Positions 50,414 through 63,153 of a stretch of DNA of 64,000 nt are shown here, piece by piece. The notes beneath the pieces were generated by a model. The model was not told where the DNA came from. It saw nothing but the letters and a program-made list of their open reading frames with translations, and ran no database searches. A program made the translations under genes and the position numbers. The stretch spans positions 1,550,001 through 1,614,000 of the forward strand of contig JBLDXI010000007.1 in assembly GCA_047495785.1 (NCBI GenBank). Reading direction: 5' to 3'. Each line of letters starts with the position of its first letter. Positions within the stretch are counted from its first letter, which is position 1. The stretch comes from Lepidodermella squamata (lineage: Eukaryota > Animalia > Gastrotricha).

Positions 50414-51430
50414 ATGGGCGCTGGTGAATGCTGCCTTAAAGCGTGCTCCATTATATTATTCATTTTCACGCTTCCGTTTTCCCTTCTCTGTGCCATTCGA
50501 ATCGTTCAGGAATACGAGCGCGCCGTTTTATTCCGCCTAGGGTAAGATATTTTGCTCAAAAATAATTTCCATTTTTCGGAATTTTTTGTTATGAAAATAA
50601 TTTAAATTTTAAATTTTTTCAATTTCACAACAACTGTTAACTCTAGATTTTTGAAGGCAGATGAAATTATTTCTATGATTTTCTGAATTTTTTTTCTCAA
50701 ACAGGCGAATCCAAGGAGGTGCTCGTGGGCCTGGTATGTTCTTCGTTTTTCCCTGCATCGATAAAATAACTGTAGTCGACCTCCGAACGCGAACATTCGA
50801 TGTCCCACCCCAGGAAATTCTCACCAAGGACTCAGTAACAGTCGCAGTCGACTCAGTCGTGTATTACCGAGTCCACAATGCTGACGTAGCTGTCACCAAA
50901 GTCGAAGATTACGAACGCAGCACGCATTTATTAGCCGCTACCACACTTCGGACAATTCTAGGCATGAAAAGCCTTGCTGAGATTTTGTCGGATCGAGAGC
51001 AAATCACCCACTCGTTGAGCCACATGTTGGACGAAGGCACTGAGCCGTGGGGTATTAAGGTGGAACGAGTCGAACTCACCGACGTCCGCCTGCCTCTCGA
51101 TATGCAACGCCACATGGTATGCGTGAAATTTTAAGCTGGATTAATTTAACTGTTTATTTATAGGCTGCTGAGGCGGAAGCTACAAGAGAGGCCCGTGCGA
51201 AGGTGATCAGCGCCGAGGGTGAGCAGAAGGCGTCGCGGGCGCTCAAAGAAGCCGCCGATGTGATGAGCGACTCGCCGAGTGCCATTCAGCTGCGCTACTT
51301 GCAAACACTTCACGACATATCGACCGAAAACAATTCGACGATAATATTCCCGATACCGCTTGAGCTGTTCCGATCGTGGATGCCGCATAATACCGCCGCC
51401 ATTAGTCAACCACCTGTTGAGAAACTCTAG
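50414..51430 (+). CDS. STOM: Stomatin / band 7 (SPFH) protein, 3 exons
   Basis: QEYERAVLFRLGR, GPGMFFVFPCID, PPQEILTKDSVTVAVD, AIQLRYLQTL. Confidence 0.95.
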
Positions 51431-51865
51431 TCGTTTCATTGTTACATCAGCTGCTGTTTGATTTTGTATACGGGTTTCACTTTTTTTCGATCGCCTCATC
51501 CTTGTTACTGGCTTTTCGATTTTCATTTCTTTTGGATTGTCGTCTTTTTTTAGCACTTTTGAAATCGAAATAAAATCGTGAACTGAGGTTCAATCGAGCT
51601 ATTTTCATCGTCATGTGAAAGGTGGAATTTTATCGACGAACAACTCCTGAAAATAAATTCCTTGATCATGAAAATATTGGAAAAAAATAATTACGAGACT
51701 ACCATTTCGACGTAATTAGAAGTAAAAAATCAGCGTTGACTCAGAAAATTTTGATGATTTAGAGCATGGCGAGGAACGCGATTTCTCATCAGGTTGGCAA
51801 ATTTTGTGATTTTACCATTTTTACCTGATTTTTTGTGATTTTTGGAACTTTTTACACAAAAGTGG

Positions 51866-53156
51866 AGGAAATCTCCAACTGTACAACCAAAATCTTAATG
51901 TCGTACAACTAAAAATCTCCGGTTCGTACAACCTAATATTTATTGGTGTAATATCTTTCGACCGTACAACTTTCAATTAAAATCATGTGATTTATCTTTA
52001 TTCGTACAACATACATCTCTCATGTGTACAACCAGTGCCAGATCATGACTGCTAAAATTTACCATTGGTCCCAAGGAAAAAAACAGGGTCCACCTGTAGT
52101 TTTTCATCTGAGTTGCCAAAATTTCATCGGGCCCCTAGGCCTAACTTACTAATTGAGGATTACACTGTGTATAACACGTTAAAAACGGATCACTTCATCC
52201 CACACATTTAAATGAGGATTTTTGATTTTGATTTTTTTTATCTATTGATGGGCGGTAAGTACCTTATTTTTACTTCTGAGCAAATTTGAAGGCCCATGAT
52301 GGTGATGATGACCTACCAGGTGCCCCGTATATTACACTATTTCCGAAGAAAACGCGAAAAAAGTCACCGACCTAGCCCGGCGCCGCTTGCTATAATCAAG
52401 ACGGGAAGTGTAAAATTTTGTGCACCCCGCTGCTACACAAGAAGCCCACAGACGTCTTACAGAAGTGCGTTTAAAGGATCAAACAGCAGCAAAATGGGTC
52501 TCATGCCCGCCTGTGGTGAAAGCTTTGGAACCCGCGCGTGAATATCTTCAACACGTACAACTTAGTGAAAAATGTCTTTTACTCGTACAACAGGTGGCGC
52601 TTCGCGCGAAAATGAGGCGGCTTGCGTGCCACCTCTGGCGCTCGTTATGAAGTAAAAGGCGGATCCACACGCTTTCGCTTATCGACCTCTTGACTATGAA
52701 AAACAAATGCTTCATTGTCTCTTTTCCTCGCCTATAGCCTTCTGGGTTTTTAGGAAACCCGAATACCAAATCTATCAGAAATCTATCAGAAGGCTTGTTA
52801 GAAGGTTCATCAGACAATGCTTAATACGACCAGGTTTGACCAGCTTTTACTTTGGTCAGTCATCATCCATCCTAAGAAACGCGGTCGCAAGGCTGGTATA
52901 GCCACAACCCTGATATGTGTGCCGTGGCAGCCGAAAAAAGCGGCGAGGTCGTAGCAGAGAAATGGCAGCAACCGGTTTTGAATAGTTGGGTGGTTGTACG
53001 AATGAGAGACTTTTGATGTTACATTGAATCAACAAAACATTAAATAAAAGTTGTACGATCGGAAGACTTTAAAAATTAAATTAAATTGGTTGTATGTCCG
53101 GAAGATTTTTCGGTTGTACGGAAAAATATACGGGTTGTATGAAAAAAGATACAGCC
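51866..53156. mobile_element. About 1.3-kb non-autonomous DNA transposon-like element with GTACAAC subterminal repeats
   Basis: Six or more gtacaac on the left and five gttgta(c/t) on the right, flanked by direct repeat CAAAAGTGG (51857-51865 and 53157-53165). Confidence 0.65.
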
Positions 53157-55424
53157 CAAAAGTGGGCCAATTAGCGAGTAATATTGTCGCTCATTTGCAT
53201 ATAGGTCATCTGCCCTGTGGGTTCTCTATGTAATTTGCTATTTTGTGTATAAAAATTGCTCAGCAACCTTAATCACCGTATAATTGCGACATTCGGTAGA
53301 CGAATACGCAAGATGACCTTGGCAAAGTAATCCTATACCGATCTTGGTATAAACAAATGAAAATTATTATTTATTAAAAATTATTACGGATTTTTTTATA
53401 TCATGTTAATCCCAAGTTTGGGACATTTAAGATCCATCTCAACATCCCGTGAACCGCAATTGTTTTGTAGGCATGAGTTGACATGCACTTGACACATTTC
53501 AACAGCCACTGGGCTTTAATCCAAAAGCAGCTATAAATTACGACGCGGCAAACTGCTTGTTTATTACAGGGCTAGTGTGTGTGTGTGTTGGCGAAAAGCC
53601 GCGCGCGCGCGCCAACAACCTGTCATCTGCTGTTTCGAAAATCCTATTAATAAACACGCGCGGTAACAGCAACGAAAAACGGCGCGAGATTCAAACTCTC
53701 AAAATAGCAAATCTCACAAACATGTGACGATTCTCCACCAAATTGCGTTTTCATCTACTTATGATATCATCTTTGTTTTAATTGTTCAAAGAAAATCGCT
53801 AAAACAGACGTGACAAAATTTCAAGTGATAACTTCTCGGTATTATTATTAGCTTTTATTATATTGCTATCTCAAACACACGCTGTCGCAAATCCGTGACA
53901 AAACACCTTTTGTTTGCCATCTAGGACATATGCGCGCACACTGTTCCGCCATCACTCCGCTGGCATATGCGCGCGGGCCAGATTATTTTGGCGCTATTGT
54001 CAAGTAAAAACTGGCATTTTTCAATTTTTTTCATGTAATTACCGGCATATACCATTCGAATCAGGGCGAATTGCTCTTTCGAACGATATAGGTCTTAAAA
54101 TACGTGATTTTTCTTTGAAAATAACCATATTTCGAGGGGTTTCCGAATATTTTCTTATAATTATTGTTATGCTGCGATGTTCCAATTTGCATAAACGCCA
54201 AATTCCACACCAACATCGACGTAATACCTTATAACGCACCGGCGTCGATACATATACTGCGGCTATTTGATGGCTGTTATTATGACATTATAGCCCTAAC
54301 CGCTGCCTTAATACTAAGCCTGCTATAGTATACTGACCACAAGCACGGTTAAGCAAGAGCATTTCTCGTGCTGCTCATCAAGCTGTTTTGTACGCGTATG
54401 TATGTGTGCGTGGGCTTGGGTTTCTTTACTCCTTGTTCTCGTAGATCGGGATAATATTAATGTTAAATAAGCAATAATAGCTGTTATGTGCTGATGCCTA
54501 CGCTGCTCGAGTGTTTAGTCAGCCTTGCTCGCGAGCGCATCACAGGTTCGTGCGTACATTTAGTGCTTTCCTTTGATAAATAGCTGTGATAGGCCGGTAT
54601 GTCATTAGAGTCGCCAAATATAAGTATTATGCCCTCAAAATAATTTCGAAGATGTTTTCCTTAAAATCTCAAACAATCCGAGATTTTCTGCAAATTATTT
54701 ACGCCTCTTTTTTGCAAAATTTGACATTTTGAGATTTCTTGTTTGAATCAAGTCTTCTTTATCAACGATCTGAGTCATATTTTATGGCGATTCATTTTTA
54801 TTAGCTGCGCAGAGATAAAGCAACATTTTATACCTATTTAATTGTCCTGAGAATGAGAGATGACCCTGAGACATTTTTTTGCTGTGCTCTCTTACGTAAT
54901 AAAATCTCAGTCCTCCGCCTTGCTATTGCCATCTCACCTATTTTGTCTATCCTCATTTTATTATTAATATTATTATGTTTGGCACTGCGATGGCAATAAA
55001 AACGCGCGTATTTATCTGACCCGTCACTCGACCAGACGCAAGATTTAGCCTACTATCTATGACCCACACGCCATAAAAATAGAGGTCATTTGAATGCTAT
55101 CTCTTACCTACTAATTTTTAGTATTCACTGATTGGTGTTAGAAATATCATTACAGATTTTTCATGTTAAGGGCGAGGAAGGCTTTATTTAAGGTGGATCG
55201 AATCGATTTTTAATTTTTATAATTAATAAGCGAAGCGACGTAGTATTATCTTTAATTTAGATTTCATTTTTCTGTGACGTTTCGGCCCTCGCTGAGACCA
55301 TCTTCAAACTAGATTACTAGCCTTTAAATTCAAAGTGATACTAAGTTGCTTCTCTTTTCAATTCCCAATTTATTTCGTTTTTTTTCAAATTTTTTAGAAA
55401 ATATTTTGATCTCTCTTTCGTCGA

Positions 55425-56666
55425 ATGGAAGGCCGCCACAGCCGAACAGTCTGCGCCCATGACTACTGCCCGCTTACTGAGCCCGGATATTACGCCGACC
55501 TCTGCCATTTGGCCGTGACCTGCGTTCAAAGTGCCCTGTCCCGCCTCGGTTTCGACAAATCACCCCGGCGAATCCTGCTTAAATTCAGCCAATACCCAGC
55601 CGCTCGCTTTCCACTCAACGACGCCTCGCTTCATGGCAACAACGAAATTTTTATCCACAGCCAGCAATGCGACGAAGACTGCATGGCTATTTATCGACAA
55701 ATTCTAGAAATTCTTCTCGAAAAAATCGCATCGACAAATTATTGCAGCGACACCGATCTTGAACTTCTGCTATGGTGCGCGTTGAGCTGCAATGATTTAG
55801 ACACCCTCGAAGCCAGTCTGCGGTCTTTCAACGAATCTGTCCCAATCTGCATTTTAACATCTCTGCTATACCAAGCTATCAATTTATCTTCAAGCCGAGG
55901 CGTCGAAATTTTGCTGAAAAATGGCGCACCGCCAAATGCGTCGTTATCGATTAAAAAGCCTGGCGATCGGCCTTTAACGAAATTTTTCGAATTGATCGAA
56001 GATGGATTCTCGGGCGACAAACAGTCTGTGGTTGACATTTACCGGTTACTAGTTAAACACGGCGCCGAGCTCGAAATCAGAAGCATTTCTCCGGTCAAAA
56101 TCGCGCTGGAAAATCCGCAACTCGCTACGGCAATCATCGAATCGATATCGATTAATCATCAATCAAAATCATCCGGGTCTTTCTCACCCCTGGCTCGAGC
56201 TTTCCGCGACCTGGCTAAGCTTGATGTCGATTTATCGCTTTCCGACGCAAATATCCGGCAAATTTTAAACTCGGTAATTCTGCCGTTGATTCGAGCCGGT
56301 TTCAAAATGTCGCCTGATCCGTTTAAAAGCATCGATTATTGCCTGGTTGAATTTGTGGCAAATCGAGCAAGTTCCTTGTTACCGTTATTGATCGCAAGCC
56401 GGCAAATAACTGGCTTGGATCTTCGAAAAATCAATTTAATTTTTGATTTGAACGGTAATTTAAATTTCATGTCGAATTCTTTGCCTCGCTTCAACAGCCT
56501 CGTTCGCGCGAATTTCCCGCTCGATTTGCAAAATGCGTGCCGGGCGAAAATTTTGACCCGATTGCCTATCGGTCTTACGCAAAGGCCTGAAGCTATCAAC
56601 AAACTCGGCTTACCGGCGTGTCTTTCCTCCTATCTCAACTTCGCCGAATTTGATGGATTGTTGTAA
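55425..56666 (+). CDS. Ankyrin-repeat and SOCS-box protein (ASB-like), single coding exon
   Basis: VEILLKNGAPPN and LLVKHGA; SOCS box PLDLQNACRAKI...INKLGLPACLSSYL. Confidence 0.8.
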   Translation: MEGRHSRTVCAHDYCPLTEPGYYADLCHLAVTCVQSALSRLGFDKSPRRILLKFSQYPAARFPLNDASLHGNNEIFIHSQQCDEDCMAIYRQILEILLEKIASTNYCSDTDLELLLWCALSCNDLDTLEASLRSFNESVPICILTSLLYQAINLSSSRGVEILLKNGAPPNASLSIKKPGDRPLTKFFELIEDGFSGDKQSVVDIYRLLVKHGAELEIRSISPVKIALENPQLATAIIESISINHQSKSSGSFSPLARAFRDLAKLDVDLSLSDANIRQILNSVILPLIRAGFKMSPDPFKSIDYCLVEFVANRASSLLPLLIASRQITGLDLRKINLIFDLNGNLNFMSNSLPRFNSLVRANFPLDLQNACRAKILTRLPIGLTQRPEAINKLGLPACLSSYLNFAEFDGLL

Positions 56667-57349
56667 AAAAAAATCCTGAAAAATTGTAAATAAATTCCAT
56701 CGTCCTTTATTTGAAAAAATTCAGCTTGATGTTCTTCTATTTTCGTTTTTTTCTAAATAATTTTGCTGGTGATTTTTATAATTTTCAAGTCCATCAATGC
56801 GCTTTTCGTGCGATTTCTCGTTTTTTGTTGAGTAATGAATCATCACCGCACTCGTTTGCTTTTGTACCTGCCGCCTAATATACCTATGCCTGTTTTCGCT
56901 TTTAACATCTCAACTAAAATATTAAACTTGGGTTCCAAACCTCTCGTTTTGTACCGTGAAAATATCGACGAAGATTGTTTTCCGTTTTTTCTGATTTTTC
57001 TATATGTGTCAATCTGCATGTCCAACTGCCTTTTTGAAACTTTCATCGAATTTTTCCGTTCAAATCTAAAATTAACAACAAACTCTGTGCGACTGTTGAA
57101 ACAAAATATTCGGATTTTTTTATACTGTTGGGAAAGAATTGATATTTGATAACAAACTCGCGGTTGAATAAAATATTTCATTTAAAAAATTGTTTTTATA
57201 AGTAATTCAATAATAATGCCAAGAAGCTGATTAAGGTTACATGAGTACTTTTTTCTGAGATAAGATAAGAATTTCGCAGCCCTAAGTAAAGTAATTCCTG
57301 TGGTGTGGTAACTTTTATTCTTTTTTGCAACACCAAGCGAATTTCCAAT

Positions 57350-57650
57350 ATGAAAACCTTGGCCTTAAGCTTTGTCTTAATTGCTGTCCTCGTGATCAGC
57401 ACCCATACCGTTGAAGGTCATATTCAAAGGCAAGGAGGGCTCATGGACATCCTCAGGAAATCAACTACAACTCCTAAGTGCGTTGACGAGCGTGGAAGCT
57501 GCGATCCGATCGCGAAAAATTGCTGCCCAGGACTGTAAGACAGCAGTTAAAATAGTTAAAAATTGACAGATACGGATTTTTATAATTTTCAGAGATTGCG
57601 TTGGCGTTATGGGATTCGGCTGTATCAAGCGCCCGACGTATCAGCTTTAG
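57350..57650 (+). CDS. Secreted inhibitor-cystine-knot (knottin) peptide precursor, 2 exons (57350-57534, 57593-57650)
   Basis: Signal peptide, propeptide, then CVDERGSCDPIAKNCCPGL|DCVGVMGFGCIKRPTYQL after removing a 58-nt GT-AG intron. Confidence 0.85.
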
Positions 57651-58953
57651 GTTTCAACTGAGAATTGATCAGTGTCGCGTGAATGTTACCAACTACCTTA
57701 ATTATTAATTATTTAAGTTTGATTACTATTATTATTACTCATATTTTGATCGATTATAATTAGTGAAAAGCTCGATTCTGCAACATTTTGGAAAGTTTAA
57801 TTAACGATTTCGCAATAAAATCATTGTTGAGGAAAGTTTCCGGAAATAGCTCAAACGAGACATTATTAACAAATTTCGAAAGTTTTACAATCGTCAATTT
57901 GGCTGGATTGTATACATTTTGCAATTGGTTTACACCTTAGGTCGGCCGATATCGATTTTAAGCCTCAGAATTCGGGCTAAACAACTTCAAAATAGACGAA
58001 AAATTCGGTTTCTCAAATTTCAAGTCGCTTCTTTGACTGCGATATATTTTCATGCTCGTTCTCAGTGGTATTATTATAATTTCTCAAACTCATGACTCAG
58101 GCTTTTCTCCTTCGCCTTCTACTCTGATAACCCCCTCAAAACACTCGAAGCGCAGTTTTATCTCTGATAACCAAACAACGGCATGAGATTAACCATCATG
58201 CGAATCCACAGTATCCAGTATAACCAAATTAAATACTTCACAGACAAATTGCAATTATCGATATATTTTTGCGCAGCCGATCGTCGCTTTCAAGGCTGGT
58301 AAAATTCCAAAAACTGGAATAATTTACTTCGAGATTCAAGTTTTGAAATTTTTCTCTGAAGTTATAGCTGGTAATAGGATATCCTGGTAGATCAATAGTC
58401 CTATATCAGAGTGATGCAGTAGTATTATGAGCCATTCCATCGCCAAGAGGATAGTACGGAAAACTATCAGCGAAACGCTAAGCTTTCGCAGTATCTGAGT
58501 TGTAGAGAGATTTTTAAATCACCGTCAAAATGCTTGAAACTGGAACGCGCAAAGATCTAGGTAAAAGTGGCATCATGTATCTTGCAGCATTTAAAGTCGT
58601 GCATCTCACAAAAAAGCGTTGATTTCCTACGTCGTGTCATTTAGAATTAGCATCGCATTGCCAGGATCATCCATCATAGCAGACGCTGTCGATGAACATA
58701 AGTCGAAAGAGCGTGGAACAATCAATAGTTCACGAGGAAATGCGAGACGTTTTACTCGCGTGCATTTCGCTAATCACCTGAATTACTAATAACAGTCCGC
58801 CATAAACATTAAAAAAGAGCACATGACAGAAAAACGAAGAGTTGCCACTTATATCAAAGCATATTAGACCCAATCGTTAATTTGATGGGATTATTTATTA
58901 TTCATCCTATCGTCACTTTTTCTCTATCGATATGATTTTTAGCCCGTGATAAA

Positions 58954-61561
58954 ATGGGTCTTATAAGCTTCGGTGTCTTTTTCATACAAATTCTGAGCGT
59001 TCAAACGGCTCAAGAAATTGTTCGCATCTCCAGTCGCCTATCGACCAATGCCAGCCGTGAAATTTCCTTACTGACTTTTGGCAATCGGAAAGGTCATGTT
59101 TTCTACCCTGGCGATGTCTGCATCGAAGCTATGCGACTTGCTCTCGACGACACTCAGGCGGCAATTCTACCAAATTACCGCGTCACCCTTGAATTTATCG
59201 ACGATGAATGCATTCAAATGGGATTTGCGGGTAAATTTATAAGAGCGATGGATCAGGACAACGCTTCGACCAACAGATTCCCGGTCGTTGTCGGATCAGT
59301 CTGCGGCGGTTCTGCGACAATCATTGGCCGACTAGTGCCTCAGTTCAACTTTTTCGGCATTTCCGGGTCTGCTATAGGCGGGCAGTGGCGCTATAGCAGG
59401 CAAGGAGCAACTGTAGCGCCGACAATGGATAAAACTAGTTTCTATGCTTTATCGCCATCGATGCATCTATCAGCCCCGGCAGTTGCAGAGTTTTTGAACT
59501 CAATGAATTGGCAACGGGTTGCAATCATTTCCGAGACATTGCTAACATGGTCGTTGCCAGAATTCACGCTAATGCAGCACATGACGCGCCTCAATATCTC
59601 GCTTTTAGGTAAGATTTGTTAATTAGGTATATTACTCGATAGTTTTTTTATCTTCACAGGCCTGGTAAAAATTTACGTGCCACCAGGACTAGCTCCGACA
59701 GACGATGACATTGTTCAAGGCCTTGCAGATATCGTCAAAACCGATGCTAGAATCTTCATCGTTAACTGCAATTTCTGCCTCAAGTACTCGTGTTTCTTCA
59801 ACCAGTTCAATCTTATCGGACCGCGTTATGTCTTCATCTTCAACCCTTACACGCGTTTCGATATCGACGACCCATCCCGACCAGCCTGGTGCAAACGCGA
59901 GTGGCTCCGTGAAGTCGTCAATCGGTCGATTTTTGTCGGGTTCCGGGCTGAAAATACTGAGAGACCTTTGCCCAATTCCGAGAGAACTTACTCCTCCTTA
60001 TCAAGCAATCTCTCTGCTCTAATCCCCGGCGCCTCGACATTTGCTGGCTGGAACAGTAGAGTTTCTTGCTACGACCAAGTTCTCGCAGCCATGCATCTAC
60101 TGAATAGAACGGAAGAGCGGCTGAAACTTAAAAATGAAAGTCTAATAGATTGGAGAACATCGGACACCAAATTTCGGACCCAGGGGGCGACGATTCTCAA
60201 GCTAATGAACGAGACCATTTTCGAGGTCGATACACCAGGAATTCAAACTCGTATCGCCTTTCGAAGGGACACTCTTGAGGTCAGCTCATACCCCGTATAC
60301 GCGATGCAATGGCAAGATAAGGCGAAGAATTACGTCCGAACTAGGTCTTTCGATTTGCTACAGGACGCAGCGACAATGTCGGCTGGACCTGATGGCGACT
60401 TTGTTTGGCTTGGCCAACAACCTAGGGACAGGTTGACAACAACTGAAATGAAGGTACCGCCCCTGCCCGCGAGCGCTTGTATCGCCTTCGCTTGTTTTGC
60501 TGGGTTACTTTTGGTTGTTAACCTTAATTTCCTTTACCTTCAATACTCTTGCCGAACAACTTTCGCCGTGATGAAATCAATGCCAAGCGTCAATAACGCG
60601 TTATTAATCGGCAGTTGCATTTCATTACTTCAAGTGCTTATACTCGCCTTCACCGCTATTGATTACGAATTGATAGCTAATTACGGCGTAGCATCTTTAA
60701 TGTATGTCTTCGGCGTGACTGGATTCGCGATGACGCAAGCAAGTGTCATGTCGAAATTAATCCTTGGCTCTCGCTACGTATACCGACGTAGGCGGCGATC
60801 GCGACTCGCATCATGCACAATCGCCCAAATGATTGTGACAACATGGACATGCATCAATCTAGGCCTCATCGTCACGGGCCTTATAGCTGACCCGGTTTCA
60901 ATTGTCCCGGTGAGTAAGTGGCCCGATGATGATATCAACGGTGATGGCATTATCGAAGTGCGAACTACACTCGACTGTGAACGAGCGAACGCAGACTCGC
61001 CTTCATGTGGGTCAGGTCAATTACTTGTCTTCGTATCCGTTATTGCAGTGTGCCACATTGCTACTGCAATTTACGGCGGCCTCTTAGCGACCTTTCTCAA
61101 ATCGGTTAGTTTCAAAAATTCCTCCTTAAAATATTGAGTAAATATTTAATTTTTTAGCGCATTTTGCCTCGAATTAACGATTTGGCTCAGTTCTGCATTT
61201 GCGTCTACGGCGACATCGGGATATCTGTTTTATTCGCCGTATCATGCTTAGTCTTTCAAAACAGCTTCGTTATGTTCATGACAGCCATTGCCGGTTCGAG
61301 CATTCTCTCATCCCTTCTACACCTTAGCACAATTTTTCTACCAAAGGTTGGTGAATTCTTAGTATATGGATGTTCTTTACTTTGTTTTTCTTTCAGTTAC
61401 AAAGCAGTTACTTCATTTTTGCGAAATTTCGTGTGAAAACTGTGCCAGATGGGCGATTTCTGGCAATCCTTGGCAACGGCCGGCGGTTTATAGTACCACC
61501 ATTGGTGCTTCACCCGCCAACATCGCTGGCTTCAACAGACACAGCCGTTCGTGTTATGTAG
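58954..61561 (+). CDS. Divergent class C GPCR (GABA-B receptor-like): Venus-flytrap domain plus 7TM, 4 exons
   Basis: ILPNYRVTLEFIDDEC, NWQRVAII, DARIFIV, YDQV, MKSMPSVNNALLIG, INDLAQF, IFLPK; no Cys-rich domain. Confidence 0.8.
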
Positions 61562-61921
61562 ATGCGCCTCTTGAAAATCTTTCCAGCATAATTTTCCAGT
61601 AAAGAAACAACTTTGAGTGGGATGAAAAAGCCATAGGTTTGAAAAACCACGAACTCTTTAACTCGTGTCTGAGTTTTTTCCGCGCGCATTATTCCTGAAA
61701 AAGTACAAGGAAAAGTTGAGCAGGGTTACAGGCAGCCTTTATCTCATACTCATAAAAAACTGTGCCATATTAGCTTGTTTGTGCATGCCATCCTTAACGT
61801 GTTTACATAACTTCTCGATCGCGAAAATAACAAAGAGCCGGCAGATGTGCCAACTACGCGTTTAAGGTTCGAGCAGCCAAGAGCAGAAAACATTGACAGT
61901 TCAAAAAATTAGATTAAAATA

Positions 61922-63059
61922 ATGCGCCTTTTACTGCTGGTCGCCTGTGTCGCCTCAGCCTCAGCAGGGCAAAATCCACAATGGATGGCTGATCTGCCCG
62001 AGGAAGTTCGTGAAAGGCCTTTAACCGAACTGGCCATCCCCGGATCACATGATTCCTTCTCCGCAGAGTTGTCTGTCGAAGATGGATTCAGCCCCGATAC
62101 CAGCATGGAAGTTTTCGCAGTACAAAAACAGACAAATGCCAGTGATGATAAGTTCCTGTGCAAAATGCGTAAATGGGCAATCACGCAAGAACTCAGCCTT
62201 GTCGACCAACTCAATATTGGCATGCGTTATTTTGTCCTGTTCATCGCTCCATTCGGCGAACAATTCCGCTTCGTTCACTACCTGTACGGCCGCGAGGTTT
62301 TCGCTGATCTCGAGGCTATGAATACATTCTTGGACGAAAACCCGGATGAAGTCATCATTCTGAACTTCGAACATACCTACGCAATGTCGGCCGAGCAACA
62401 TGCAACAGTTTTGAAGAATCTACGTGAAATTTTCGGTGCGAGACTTGCGACTCCTCTTGATTACCCCGAAGGCCCGAGATCGATGACTTTGAACGATTTG
62501 AGCATTGCCGATCAGCAGGTCATTGTTATCTATGACGAAGCTTCCGGACCAGCTGCTGATATTGCCTGGGGACGCCGCCACATCTGGAACCCGTGGCCCA
62601 ATACCGCGAACAGGACTGTCTTGGAAGGATTCTGGCCTAGGGTTTAGTTCAACTTGGAACCATCTTTAATCATTAACTAGTGTTATTTTTTAGGTCTTGA
62701 ACTCCAGAAATATCAATGACACGAATTTCTTCGTTCTTCAAGGCATCATGTCAGCTGGGCCAGCTCAATTCCGCGAGGGAATGACGAAAACAGGTGGGTT
62801 CAGGGAACGTGTCGGACTCTGCGCTGCGAGCACCTTTGTTCGCTGGATCCGCCGTAACCAGTTCAAGTCGAGCAATGGCCGTGTCAACATTTTCATGACG
62901 AGCTACGCGAATAACTACAACTTTGTCGAAGAAGTTATTGCGTTGAACTATGACGACGTGACCGAGCCTATTGTAGCTATGGAGCCGTCTTTGGAGTTCT
63001 GCTACTACCAGGGCGCGGATCGCGATGAGTGCTCGGACTTCACACCAGCGGAATACTGA
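61922..63059 (+). CDS. Secreted PI-PLC X-domain protein (PLCXD-like), 2 exons
   Basis: Signal peptide; WMADLP, LAIPGSHDS, WAITQ...QLNIGMRYF, FVH, FLDENPDEVIIL, PWPNT. Confidence 0.85.
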
Positions 63060-63153
63060 GCTGAATTGTTCACAAAATAACATTTAAAACTTGAAAACTT
63101 GAAAAAACAGTAAATTTTATTGTAAAATCTGGTTGATCAACAATATCATAGCT

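Noticed and set aside
51880-52035. Short repeats with spacers resembling a CRISPR array
   Set aside because: The 7-bp repeats have irregular spacing, are mirrored at the other end of a transposon-like element, and the context is eukaryotic with no cas genes.
52296-52901. ORFs inside the 1.3-kb element as a possible transposase
   Set aside because: They are short and overlapping, with no DDE or zinc-finger motifs recognised.
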